This document shows, in pieces, positions 1 to 12,420 of a DNA stretch of 64,000 nucleotides. The stretch spans positions 88,164,001 to 88,228,000 of the forward strand of contig OZ076409.1 in the NCBI GenBank assembly GCA_964187785.1, in the 5' to 3' direction. How positions within the stretch are numbered: position 1 is the first letter of the stretch; each line of letters begins with the position of its first letter. The notes under the pieces were generated by a model. The model was given only the letters and a program-made list of their open reading frames with translations, was not told the origin of the DNA and did not search any database. Both the position numbers and the translations under genes were made by a program. Origin of the DNA: Amphiscolops sp. MND2022 (Eukaryota).

Positions 1-219
1 TCACTGTCTCATTGACACTGCATGCAATATTTTTGTTTACATGTATTCAATCTAATGTTCTTACTTTGTTGTCACCGTATTGTTTTCTAACAAAATGAAA
101 AGAGTGCAGTTTGCTAAGTATACCATTACCGGAGATCTATTTTTGTTTGTAATTACACGTTAGTTATTTTTCAGTTTATAATGACGAGCGTTGTCTTAGT
201 TTACCATGTTCGATCTTAC

Positions 220-712
220 TTTTTAGTCGGCGCTTTTCTAGTGAAAAGTGCCCGACTCTTACAGTGGCTTGTTTTTTTTCGTCAGACTACAATCTCACTC
301 TGATTGGGCCACTTTTCTTACAATCGAAACTACTAAAACTACTACCAGGAGGCCAAGTCCGGTCAGCGGAAATTAGTGCAAAAGGGTCCCCCCTTTCATT
401 TTTCACTATTTTAACGTAAACTACAAAACCGGACGAGACTAAAGGGTCCCCCCTTTCGATTTTTTTCGGCATTGAGCGACTTTTTTCGAAAATTTTTCAA
501 TGTCTCAAAAGAGTCCCCCTTTCGAGTTTTTTTTGATATTTTGCAACAGAATATATGTTAATAAAGCCCAAAGGGTCCCTCTTTTACATTTTTCGGCACT
601 ATGCGACATTTTCTGAAAGAAAAAATTCAAGTTTTTTTCAAAGAAGAATATTCCGCTTTTTGAGCCTTAGATATAGCGCCGACTTTAGACGTTCCCGTCT
701 TGTTATCTTTAA
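220..712. mobile_element. Non-autonomous MITE-like repeat with internal aaagggtccc motifs; inverted copy at ~2535-3120
   Basis: Ends agtcggcgct...agcgccgact are inverted; both end regions recur in reverse complement at 2535-2590 and 3100-3120; no coding capacity. Confidence 0.6.
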
Positions 713-827
713 CACCCTTGTGTATTATGTGCTTATGTAATGTATTTGAGAGCCTTTCTATGAGACTGAGTGAGTGAAGCCTCCATTAAAAGCTCCGATG
801 CAGAGGTTCATGGTACAAATAACTTAA

Positions 828-1315
828 CCCTGAATAGGGTTGAATTCGTACCAGTTATTTTCTGCAAACTTATTAAGGCACCAGCTGACCGTGCGGTTAA
901 GAAAGCTCTTGAATGAGATTTTCGGACGATATTACATAGCATTGCACGCCTTCCCACGAAATATTGACTTGATGTTTCAGAAATCAGGAAAACGGGACTA
1001 AAAAATCAAAAAACTACAGATTTCGGTTTGTGGCCACTGTATCCCACTGGTATCAAGATTGGATAAAAGTGGCCCTAGCATGTTTTTAAACATGCTAGAA
1101 TGAGGTTAGAGACACGATGCGTGCAAGGTTTTGGTGCAAACTTCGGAGCCGTGTGGCGAAGCAATTCAGAAATCAGTTTGAAAGCCCTGATTGCTTTCTT
1201 TTGAACGCGCTATAAATCGTTTGTCGGACTCGAAAATATTAGATATTGCGGTTTAAGGTTTAAGTACCAGATTTTTGGATGGATCCGGATATTTAGGGAT
1301 ATCGTCCATTTAGGG
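828..1315. mobile_element. piggyBac-like MITE (TTAA target site)
   Basis: TTAA|CCCTGAATAGG at 824-838 and CCATTTAGGG|TTAA at 1306-1319: CCCT-starting TIR plus TTAA duplication. Confidence 0.7.
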
Positions 1316-2534
1316 TTAACATTTTGAAAGAATGAAAACTTTTACCAACTCTAACAACAAAAATCATTGTTTACAGTCAGGCGAATGTGAGCAAATATTT
1401 GCCAAGGAAAAACGCGGGCTGATTAGCTGATAACGTTCAAGTTGATAAGGCAAGGCGTAAACCAGACTTCTATAAGGGAAGCAAGAACTCAAAAAATTAG
1501 AAGTATTCTTAGACATCGTAGGAAGGTAAAATATAATAGTCTCTACTATCAATGGAAACTTCAATTTCGAGGAAACGTCATCTTTCGAGATTGCATGTAA
1601 ATAGTAAATCTTAGCTTTCCTGCGCTTTCTTTACAAAAATTTGGCAGACTCTAAATTCATGCTCAAAATAATGACATCTTTCCATCATACAACGCTGAAA
1701 AATAAGCTCAGTAACACTTTTCTATAAAGAAATCAATTGAACCGCATTCCCCTTCCGAGTCGATATTTGTCAATTCGTTCAAAACTAAAAGTTGCAGCGA
1801 GCAAGCGAAATAGTAGTTACATGTTCGAAAGAAATTATCAGTCGTTATTGAATCACAAGAATTAATCTCACTTTGCAGATTTGAAACAATTCAAGAATGA
1901 AAATGATATTTATGGACTTGCATGTCCAAGTCTTTTCACCTGCTTTTTCAAACTGCCTCGGATTTCATTTATTTCACAGAAAGCATTACACGTCTATACT
2001 TGAGGTTTTGCATAAACGCTTAATATATAAGTTAACAATAAGGTAAAGTTAACAAAAAATCTCGCGCACTGATGAAACATGGAGTACATCCCAGAAGTTT
2101 TACTGAGTTATGACTAAGCATGTTTGAAAATCAAAGGAACGGGAAATTTGGCGAATTGAGGTCAAAACATTAAGAGACATAATTTAGCCAGTCCCAATTT
2201 GAGCGACCTTGCAGCAGATAATTTGACTCGATAAATAGATGGTTTGAAAGACCTAAAATGCCATAAACACCACTAATATCCGAAAACTGATGACAAAAAT
2301 TGGAGACGAAACTTTAGTTTTAAGGAACAAATTTCTTCCGAGAAAACTAGTTAATCTTGATACCTGATTTGCGAACTCCAAAATAAAAAAAATTCAAGTG
2401 AAAAATTTGTCTCCAGAACCCTTTTCACGAACAGTGAAGACGCGAAAATCACTTGCAAATTGGTGATGCAAATTGCACAACTGGCTCAGTGATAATGGAA
2501 TTCATCCAAATTTGACTAAAAATTCTGTAGAAAA

Positions 2535-3120
2535 AGAAAACAAGCCGGGAACGGCATAAGTCGGCGTCATATCTAAGACTCAAAAATAGCAAAAGGACAT
2601 GAAAGTGTCAAAAAACTCAAAAGTATCAATCTCACGAAAAGAGTATCAAATTCACGGAAAACCCAAACGACCGAACTGGCGCACCAGGTGCCCGCTAGCG
2701 CCGGCCCCTGGCGCGCTAAAAGAGGGAACCCTTTCTGATTTTTTAATATCCATTGTTGCAAAACATCAAAAATTGAAGGGGGACCTTTTGGTGAAAAAAA
2801 AATTTCCGAAAAAAACAATGCCGAAAAACTGGAAGAGGGACCCTTTGGGATTTTTCACCATCCAATCAAAAAATTGAATGGGCCCGGCCCTTTGGGGAAT
2901 TTTTTTTCGAAAAAAAGTCAATGCCGAAAAAAATTGAAAGGGGACCCTTTAGTCTCTCCCGGTATTGTATGTTACGCGGAAAAAGAGGAAAAACAAATGA
3001 TTCAATTTGGGACCATAAAATTTCGTAGAACTTTTAAGAACTATTTTGGTCAGTTCGTGTGGATTGAAAAAAAGTCTCTATAATACTCGCGTTTCACTTC
3101 ATGAAGCGCCGACTAAAAAT
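2535..3120. mobile_element. Second, inverted copy of the 220-712 repeat family
   Basis: caagccgggaacggcataagtcggcgtcatatctaag is the reverse complement of ~657-712; repeated gggacccttt motifs. Confidence 0.6.
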
Positions 3121-3259
3121 ATATAGAAAATCACACAAATGTGTACCCAGTCGATAAAGATGCATTATCGTTGTTTTTCTAAACGCCCTATCTCCTCTCA
3201 GTGAACTTCTAAGAACTCCTGTCTACGTATGTTGTACGGGTCGTTCATAAAGGAGAAGG

Positions 3260-3455
3260 GATAGTAAGCGTGTTAACAAAATGGAGGAGGAGGGATCAGC
3301 AACCTCACTTACATCTAATTGACCAGGATTTCCCATACTTTAGTACGGGGCCCTGAGTCAGTTAGCGGATTTAGTGTGGAGTTCTGGTTGTGTCGTCGCT
3401 GCAAGAGTTGAACATGTGAAGGAAAATAAATAAATAAATAAATAAATAAATAAAT
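3260..3455 (+). mobile_element. Probable 3' end of a LINE/SINE with (TAAA)n tail
   Basis: GC-richer segment ending in about 7 AAAT units at 3424-3455. Confidence 0.4.
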
Positions 3456-4424
3456 TGTTCTAGAATCCTGAAACTATTACGATAATTAAAGCCCGGACCC
3501 AGTTAAAATGGCATGAATTTGCTTTTCTGGGTCCCTTCCAATTTCAGCTACTCTCTGAAAATAGTCTCTTTATTTGTAAATGTTTAGTTATTTATTTTTG
3601 TTCTAGTAGTTGTAAATTGGAGAAACCACTAATAATAATAGAAAACAATAGGTAGTTTCGCACTGGGGTATCAGAAAGCTGAAGACACTCAACTTCGCTA
3701 ACAAAAAAATTCAAATCGCAATGAACTTCTATGAAAATATTTGAGACAAATGTCCCAGAAGCAAAACTTTCTCAAACTTTGATCGGAATTGCAGGGATAT
3801 TTGTTTTAAATGAAACAAACTATCAAGTTAAAACTCTCCTTCTTGACTTTTGGCATTTTTTAAATTTCATCATGCAAGATCTCGAAGACCACTGCTCGTA
3901 ACTAAAAATGACAAAATTTGAATTGAACACTTTTGAAAACACCATCTTCAAAATTTTAAACCGCAAAATTATCACAAAAAGCGATTTTGCAAAATCGGTC
4001 TCGACGAATTACAACGGTTTTTGCTTGTTTATTTTCCATGAAAGCATTCTCATAAAAAATGTTGGAAATGAAAATTAAATGGTATCAAGGCTACGAAGTT
4101 GGATCAGGGAGATTTTTTCTGACCAGTAGTTTTTGAGATATTGCGTGATAAAAAACGAAAAATTCCAAATTCTTCAAATTACTATCAGACACTTTTCGAT
4201 TTCTTATCGGATTTCAAAACAAAAAATATCGTTGTAATTCAGAGGAACTTTTGCTCATCGGCAGTGAAATGACTAGTGTACTGAAAACCGTGTATCGTGT
4301 TTTACGTGTATTTTTCTATAGTTCATCGGTATCGTGTGTCCACGGTAAAAAAAATTAAATTTGAAACTCAATTAAATTCATTCAACAAGACGCCCGCGGA
4401 CCAGCGGGATATTTTCCGCCCCAA

Positions 4425-5140
4425 ATCTCTTCGAAAAAGACTACTGGACAACAAATTTGTTCCTTGTTGACTCTTTTCAACATTCCAATCTACGAAGTCT
4501 GTCGAAAATTTGACAAAAATTGCATAAAAAACTTTGAAAATTGGAAAATTTTGGGTTTTTTGTCATTTTCGGTTTCAATTTGATATATTTTTCATTTAGA
4601 AAACAGTCATTATCTCTTCGGAAAAGCATACTGGACAACGAATTCCTGCCATTCCTGTCACGTTAAGCGTTTTCAACATTCTAATCCACGAATTCTATCG
4701 AAAATTTGACAAAAATTGCATAAAAACGTTAAAAATCGAAAAATTTTGGAATTTTTAAATCATTTTTTTGGTAATTTTTCTTTTAAAAAACCGCATTTAT
4801 CTCTTCAGAATATTATTGGACAACAAATTCGTGCCTTGTTGAACGTTTTCAACATTCTAATCCACGATGTTTATCGAAAAAATGACAAAAATTGCATTAA
4901 AACGTTAAAAGTCGAAAAATTTTGGAATTTTTGTCATTTTTTTGGTAATTTTTCTTTTAAAAAACCGCATTTATCTCTTCAGAATACTATTGGACAACGA
5001 ATTCGTGCCTTGTTGAACGTTTTCAACATTCTAATCGACGATGTTTATCGAAAAAATGGCAAAAAATGCATGAAAACGGTGAAAATTGGGAAAGTTTTGA
5101 ATTTTTGTCATTTTCGGGGTCATTTTTGGGTCATTTCCGT
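4425..5140. repeat. Tandem array, ~4 units of 173-187 bp
   Basis: tctctt..actggacaac anchor recurs at ~4425, 4612, 4799 and 4972; ORF 4716-5192 simply translates the repeat twice. Confidence 0.85.
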
Positions 5141-5696
5141 CATTCCCAAAAAAGTCCAAAAATCTTTACAAATACATATCGCATGGAACTAAATTTATGT
5201 CAGTTGAATTCTGTGAATGTACTTCTTCATATTACGTAAACAATAATTCTTGGCAAATTTTGTAAAAAAAAACCCGTTTGATTTAAATATTTTCCTTTCC
5301 CATATGAAATATGGGCGGAAAATAATAAATGCTATTTTAACAATCTTCATTGTTAAAAATCTCTTTCGATTGTCAGCACATCTCAAATTACAAACAGAAA
5401 AGATCCTCTCCGGTGATTCAGAAATGGTCGGAATTGACTAGATCTTGTTTCATTGGGTCTGGGGATACAAACGTCTCAATTGCATTTGAGCTGAATCGAG
5501 CGATGTGATAACCCGACTATAGCAACTGTTTTTATATTCGAGATAAGAACTAACAGCGCTCGAAAAATCCTCCAATGAACCGACAACATTGAATTCAAAC
5601 CATTTTTTGAAACTTCCAATAGCTGACAATTTTTGGTAATTGTGAAAGTTTGCGAGTTATTTGGTTTTGAATTTTGTCATTTTGAGTTGAAATATT

Positions 5697-5972
5697 TTAG
5701 AACTCCGTTGTACTGCAAATAAGCTCATTGTTGATTTGTGAGCCCATTTTATTCCTTTCCGAGAGCATTTCACTTTCCGTGTCCGAGCGAACACCGAATA
5801 ATTGATATTTATTCCGGAAGCCAATGAAATTACTCCATTTTGTCGTGTATTCCGAATAAATCGTGTAAATCGGTAATTCGTGTAGCGATACAAGAAAATT
5901 CATGTATTCCGGTACGGTACAAGTACCGACCCTCAATTCACTGCTGATGGGACTTTTTGTCAAATGTATGTC
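5697..5972 (-). CDS. Possible exon of an unidentified gene downstream of INTS5
   Basis: Polypyrimidine acceptor tttttcctcttag at 5973 followed by a ~90-codon open frame; no homology recognised. Confidence 0.2.
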   Translation of the reverse strand, partial: DIHLTKSPISSELRVGTCTVPEYMNFLVSLHELPIYTIYSEYTTKWSNFIGFRNKYQLFGVRSDTESEMLSERNKMGSQINNELICSTTEF

Positions 5973-6168
5973 CTAAGAGGAAAAAGTATGTTTTACTAAT
6001 TCTGGAAATAAACCATCATGTTTGTAATAACCATATCATATATTCCCTAGAACTTTCGAATATTTGTCGTTTTTGATCAGAGACAAAATCTGCAACAAAA
6101 ATCAAGTTTTTGACACCAATATCGTTCTTTTGAAGTCAGACTACGGGGAAAAGTATGATTGAAACTAA

Positions 6169-6342
6169 TTAAATTGCACTGAAAAAATACTTCTCGAAAT
6201 GAAGTCCCAAGTTGGACATATTCGATAAAAATATTAAATGAATAGCGTCCGATTGCTGTTGTGGGAGATTCTTCAAGAAATTTCTCTCTGGGTATCCCTT
6301 CGATGAAGCACTGGCATAGCTTGAGATATCAGGGGGGTTTTC
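6169..6342 (-). CDS. INTS5: INTS5 exon 6 (terminal)
   Basis: ttacag|GAA acceptor; ENPPD...AIHLIFLSNMSNLGL resembles the INTS5 C-terminus; TAA at 6169-6171. Confidence 0.75.
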   Translation of the reverse strand, partial: ENPPDISSYASASSKGYPERNFLKNLPQQQSDAIHLIFLSNMSNLGLHFEKYFFSAI

Positions 6343-6561
6343 CTGTAAGATGAAAAAAGTCATTTTGCTGCAATTGACGTGTAATTCAAGCACTTTTATA
6401 GCACCAAATTTTCACTGTCAGCGATGCATTCAACACGTATCAAAAACGAAGGGAGGTGAAAGACTTCAAACACTTTCAATTAGAAAGTTATGATAATTTC
6501 CGCAAAGGGAAACAAAGCAATTTAAAAGCTGCCATAGCCATTTCAACCGAAAATCCAACTA

Positions 6562-6732
6562 CAGTCAACTCCGTTTAATTCGTATCCGGATAATAGGATC
6601 TTCGTTTATTTCGTATGTATCTGAGAACCTATTTCGCGACGACCAAAGAAATATCATTCAGTTAATTCGTATTTCTCCCAATTCGACTGTTTTGTTCGGT
6701 CCCTAGCGATACGAATTATGCGGATTCAGCTG
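6562..6732. mobile_element. Tc1/mariner(pogo)-type MITE in INTS5 intron 5
   Basis: TA|CAGTCAACTCCGTTTAATTCGTAT ... ATACGAATTATGCGGATTCAGCTG|TA: imperfect 24-bp TIR with TA duplication. Confidence 0.8.
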
Positions 6733-6912
6733 TAAATGATATCGAAAACTTGTAGGAGTCATCTTTCCAATTTCGCTGTTTTATAATAAAAAGTTATTTC
6801 AACGGGAAATTGAAGGGAAGTAACTGATCTGCAAAATAATCAGACTTAAAATCTGACTTGGAAACCAACAAATATATTCCATTAGAAACGAGCTTATCAT
6901 GACATTAGTTAC

Positions 6913-7241
6913 CTGAATATACCTCCAGCAGAACGTCAAAATAGTCATAGCTTCATAAGGCGTCACCATTGGCAAGATTTCGCTGAGACTGGAAAGCTGT
7001 TTCGGGATGAATTGCGCCTTGTGTAGAACAGCCAAGAGACGACAACTGTGATCGAGCCAACGTTGTTCCAACGCACAATTCGCAGATCTACTGGATTCCC
7101 ACAAAGTTATCAAAACGTGGAGCAAGGCTGATACCAATTTAGTCACGTGACAAAGTATGGGCCGCACTTCAGCAACGAGTTCCAATAAACTCCACAGTAT
7201 AGGGTTACTGTCGAACAAGTTGAAAATTTTGATATTCAGAT
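6913..7241 (-). CDS. INTS5: INTS5 exon 5
   Basis: FDSNPILWSLLELVAEVRPILC...WESSR...SCRLLAVL...PYEA matches the recalled INTS5 C-domain pattern (FEENPLLWDLLELVA..WEASR..SCTLVAV..PFEV); ttacag| acceptor, CAG|GTAACT donor. Confidence 0.9.
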
Positions 7242-7438
7242 CTGTAACAAACAAAACGGATAACAAGTACATTAGTTTTATAATCACTACAAGAGATAGG
7301 ACTGGCCTTTTTAGACTGGCTGTCTCGTTAAATTATGGGCGAACATCACTTATTACTAACAAACCTGGTTTCATAGCGCGTGGACTTAAGTTTATTTATT
7401 TAAGTGAAACGAAGGGTTTAAGTTCACGAAAAACTTAC

Positions 7439-8952
7439 CCAAATTTGTTCTTTCGACCAGCAAATCATTCCAGTTGTTCAAGGTGTTGGTGATATTAGGG
7501 CACACTCTAACAAGCAACCTTATTGCAACCACTAACACAGCGGAGTTTTCCATTAGACCTTGAAGAGGCAAGGAAGATTTTGATGGTTTACTATCAGCTG
7601 TTTTCAGTCGCACTTGACACAATAATGCTAGAAGTTGCATGAAAAAATTGTCCTCAGCGGCGTCGGACAGAATTTGCACAGATTTATCATTTTGTGGGCG
7701 CCGTTTAGACGAGGCATCGAGACTGATTGCAGATTGCATCGATGAACATTTTCCACGATTGACCGTTCTGTTCTGCTGCAACAAACTGATGTACGTGTCA
7801 GCTGAAGGGGCTTTTGTTTCCTTGACAACAGTCTGACAACACCTGGAGAAGATGATGTCAATCAGCGATCGTAAGATGAGGTTCCGGCAACAAACAAAAG
7901 TATCAGCAGAAAAGGTGAGCGCCATTTTATTGGCAAGTTTCAGCAACTGTTCCAGGGTAACTGTTCGTCTCACCGGATCCAATTTCCGTTGTCTTATAAT
8001 TTTAACGCAACAAGATACATAGGAAGAAGCAAGGTTTGATATCAAATCCACACCCAATGAAACATCCTCTACTCCAGATGGTGATTCCAACTTCGCAACA
8101 AGAAGAAATTGCAAAGCAGCCCAGTTAACATAGAAATCACTGAACAAGAGAAATTTAACAAACCCGGAAAGATTGTCTTTGATGTGTTTTCGAAGCTTAG
8201 CTTCATGATGCTCCGAATCCTCGGTCTGAATCGTTTTTAAGGTACTCAAACTGTTCAAACAGGTGATTATAAAGGATTCTTGGCTGGGTACTAACAAAAC
8301 TATATGCTTGATGAAAAAGCGGTAAACGTTAGGTAAAGCCAAATTGATCTCTTTAACCAAAGCAAAAACTTCCACAAATTTATTGGCTCTGTAAAACTTG
8401 TGTTTCATCAGATGTAAAACTAATTTGGCACTGAAAACATCTCCATCCGCCAAGCAGACTGCTCGTAAATAAAAACGAATGAAGAAGGCTTGTTCATGAA
8501 CTGGAATGTTCCAATAAACTTCTGAGAGAAAACCGTAATTTTTGAGTAACTCGACAACAAACATTTGATCATCCAAGGTAAGCTTGTACGAAAAGAATCT
8601 CGTCTGTGCGATTCGCTGGAGTTCCAACAACCAGTAATGCAAGAAATTGTTAATCAAAGTGTGGTTAGTTTTGAATATGCGTTTACACACATTGCGACAA
8701 TGGATGTCAACGAGAAACTTGAAAATAGTCACAGAATGGGTTCCGTTTTTCATCAGAAGCGACACGACCTGTTGAACGAGAAGTTCCACCACACACTGGT
8801 CACTTTGTTCTACGGCTTTGCTGAAAACCTGCATACATTTCTCCAAAATATCAGCATTCAAAATTTCTGCGCAGTATTCCAGAGAAGTTGCCAGCAGTTG
8901 GGGAAATTTTTCACAACAGAGAACAACGTAACTTAGACACACCAAGGAATAC
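7439..8952 (-). CDS. INTS5: INTS5 exon 4 (helical repeat region)
   Basis: Stop-free ~505-codon frame; tgtttag|G acceptor (phase 2) and G|GTAAGT donor (phase 1) match the phases of the neighbouring exons. Confidence 0.85.
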
Positions 8953-9320
8953 CTAAACACAATTACTAAACAATACAACCCGGAAAATGTCTAAAATGTA
9001 TTTACTAGATCAAATATATACAAAAATACAAAACTTGAATCCGAGATAAGATATGGAAAAGTATTATGCTTTTCTTTGAATCAGATTCTCTAAGTGAATT
9101 AACTTATTTTAGAGGAATTTTTCAGTCGGCTTACTTTCTTTTAAAAATTGGAGGCAGCTTTTTCCTTCAGACCACAGAATCATTGGCTTGAAGTTATGGC
9201 CGGTGAAAGTATAACCGGCTTACACTGTATTCCAGTTGATATTTTTCAGTTTTGATAGTTAAAAACAGAAACAATCGCGGATTTACAGAATCATTTTGAA
9301 GAAAACTAATAAAAACAAAC

Positions 9321-9604
9321 CTTGTCCTATTTTCCAACACCGATTTTTTCAAAGGTGAAAATAACTCCACTTGCACAAGTCGTTTGTGGAATCGACTCAA
9401 ATAGGATATAGATTCCAACAGGTTGATCTTGATTGCCCCAGTTGAGACACCTCCCATCGTGAGATGCAAAGGAAGGCCTTGAGGGTCACAGAATTCGTGC
9501 ATCTGTTTCAAACCAATGTCTACCAGTGCTGGTAAAAACAACTCTGGGTATTCCACCGACAGATGAGCCACAATCCATTCTGCATTCGGTAAATTGTCTT
9601 TCAC
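9321..9604 (-). CDS. INTS5: INTS5 exon 3
   Basis: NAEWIVAHLSVEYPELFLPALVDIGLKQM matches the INTS5 HFDWVVAHIGSSFP..LSCGLKDF motif; tttcag| and AG|GTTTGT sites. Confidence 0.88.
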
Positions 9605-9804
9605 CTGAAAGCATTTAACCAACGGTTATTGTGATATATTATAACACTTCAAACAAGCTAATCAAAGAAAAGTCGCATTCTAAATTTTCAATACTTTCCC
9701 AACACGTCATAATCTTTTTCGATGACTATGAGCATAAAGTAACGGAACAGTATGCTTAACAATTATGAATGTGTTATTGACGAGCTATTTGAACATCTAC
9801 TAAC

Positions 9805-10053
9805 CAAAGACATAATCTGGGTCAAGGTTTCTTCTGTCGTTATAATGATGTTACTGCTTTTATGCCCTTGCACTTGCGAAACGCAAAAATCTAGCACGAT
9901 CATTATAGAATGGCTAGCGTGGCACTGCAAGAACCAGGAAGAGATCGTTTCCTCCAGAGGTGCAGCGAAATAACCAGCCCCAGTTGCACGTGCTTGCACT
10001 GCCATCGAGGTCAAAAGTTGCACACTCCATTTGAGAAACACTTTCAACCAAAC
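9805..10053 (-). CDS. INTS5: INTS5 exon 2
   Basis: VWLKVFLKWSVQLLTSM...LEETISSWFLQC matches AWAPVISAWSIDLMGQL...LNELLQLWMGC; 249 bp, phase 0/0, TTG|GTTAGT donor. Confidence 0.88.
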
Positions 10054-10589
10054 CTGAAACCTTCACACCCAATTAACTCATCAACGTTCACGCTCCATTA
10101 TTGTTTGACATGGATCTTAACGCATTTTAAAAGTTTTCATATAGTATTTCCCCTATCGTATGAAGACAAACAATATTATGCACGAAGCGGCTCTTTTCAC
10201 TTAGTCCATGGATTTCCATGAAAATTCTCACTGATTTCAATGACTCACTTTCGGACAAACAAATCATCCGGCAGCTGACGAGTTTCTCTCAACAATATTT
10301 GATGTTGGGATACGCATAAGTTAGGTAGAAAGAAGAGTTTGCAATGAATGCTTGCCCGGAAAATGGTGAAATTGCCTGGAAAATTCAGTGATAGCAATCT
10401 CGATAAATGCATTGTTTTAGCACTTGCAACCCGAGGCACCTTTTTAGGGGAGATCTAAAAAAAACCCTGGTCAAGGGACCTGCCTAAACGTGCAGTGATG
10501 AAATCCCATCAATGAATAGTGTAAGTGTATCTCCAGATTACTGCACCGAACGATTTCGCACCAAAAAGATTGACCAAATTATAACCATA

Positions 10590-12420
10590 TGAATGTATTT
10601 ATTTATGATTGAGCCGTTAAACCGTTAAAGCTATAATTTCATTAAGCACATAGCATATTCCATGCCTCATATACTTTCAGTATCCTATAGCTCTATTTCA
10701 GTGAGGAGAAACGTTGATGCTTCAGTCATTATCTCAAAATCTTGAAAAATTTCGGGTTTCTGCTCCAAGATAAGAGGAATGCATTTCCGTCATACGTGTC
10801 ATTGTAGTGGGATTCTTTGTCGCCCATAAATTCAGCTGCGAGGGACCTTTTCTCTTCAATAAGTTTGCAATTTAGTAATAAGTGGTGGGAATTTTGAAAC
10901 CCATTACCACATGGACAGCTGGGAGAGTTGTATCTTCTGCTGTCGTACCGGTAGAGGAGCTGCTTCATCAGATTATTGGGGTAGAACAGGCTCAAGAACA
11001 TTGTTTCATATTCTCGTGTTGTACCGGGTGGGAATTTCAATTTCGATGTACTGACTTTGGGAGAACCAATGAAGCCTTCTATCTGGAACTGGTTGTCAAT
11101 TGAAGATTGCCATAGTAATTCTATGTATTTCTGTATTTGACCCTTTGTATATGAACAGGCTTTCACTGACATTTCTGCAAATTGATCAAGTTGACCTGTC
11201 TCAATAATACTCCTGTGTTTTCGTTGAAGCAGTCAGGATAATGCTCTTTTCCACTTTAGGAATTGCATGGCATCTTTAGCTTTGTTCGACAGAGAGCTGT
11301 GACTGTAATCAGAAAGATGTTTTGTGACAAAAATCTTCAGGGGGTCGTCTTCCTGGGAGAACAGATTTAGTTTCCGGAGATGTTTTGTGGAATTTACTTT
11401 ATTGGCTACTGATATCGGAGGGATTCCAACGATGGCTTCAGCTAGAGATTGTTTTATATGAAATACTGCTCCGATGACCGACTTTAGCATTTTGTACCAC
11501 ACTTTTTCTACCTCCTGAATGCTTCTATTGTTTATCCAAATATTACCAGCATAATGAATGCATGTTGCAATCAGAACTTCCATGAGTCGTATAATAACGT
11601 GTTGACGAAATCTCCAGTTCGTGTTGCTATATTTACACATAGATACCCAGCGAAATTGTATCTTCCTGTTGATTTCCTTCCCGTGTTCTATATTGTTAAG
11701 CTTCTGGTCAATCACTAGTCCAAGGACCTTGGTCTTTCCCACGAATCTTAAGTGTGTAATTTCCGAGCTTGACGGTGTCAGGGATCAAATCCAGGTTTTC
11801 CTCTGCTGTGCCAAAACAAAGTTCCGTTTTGGAGGGGTTGCAATATATTATCATACGCCAAGTTGAACTCCACAGGTTTAGGGACCGACAGACACCATCT
11901 AAGTTAACCAAACATTCAGCAGTAGTTACACCTGTTATCCTCAGGGTACCATCATCAGCAAATTTGAAAAGCTTAATGACTTGACCATCAACGACATCTT
12001 GAGCAAGATCACTGATAAAGAATTTGAAGAGTATGGGCGATAATGACGAACCTTGTGGGAGACCAAATTCTCTACATGCCCGAATAATACCAATGTCGTT
12101 AAGAATTAGTCTGACATTACGATTGAAGAGAAAATTATTTATGAGTTTCCACACATTTGATTTAACACCAACATCAGCAAGCTTCTTCAATAAGCCTTGC
12201 TTCCACACACTATCGAACGCTTTTTCAAAATCTATAAAAAGGCAAATAACTGTGTACTTTTTCTTCAGTTCTTCCCGAATATCAATGTCAAGGTGGTTGA
12301 GGTACCTAACCGTGTTTTGTTTCTTCGTGAAACCTTGATATACATCGTTGATTCCAGTGGCTTTGAAGAAATTCTCGTCTTGAGGCGATAATTTTCTTCA
12401 ACACTTTACCGATTTACGAG
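10590..12420 (-). mobile_element. 5'-truncated, frameshifted LINE (I/Jockey-group-like): RT C-terminal half plus CCHC knuckle
   Basis: KAFDSVWKQGL, GLPQGSSLSPILF and FADD motifs; CPCGNGFQNSHHLLLNC; taaataaata tail near 10590. Confidence 0.9.

Noticed and set aside
4716-5192. 158-aa ORF as a gene
   Set aside because: It translates a ~175-bp tandem repeat and the peptide repeats itself
7157-8936. Plus-strand ORFs 7157, 7639 and 8565
   Set aside because: Antisense shadows of INTS5 exons
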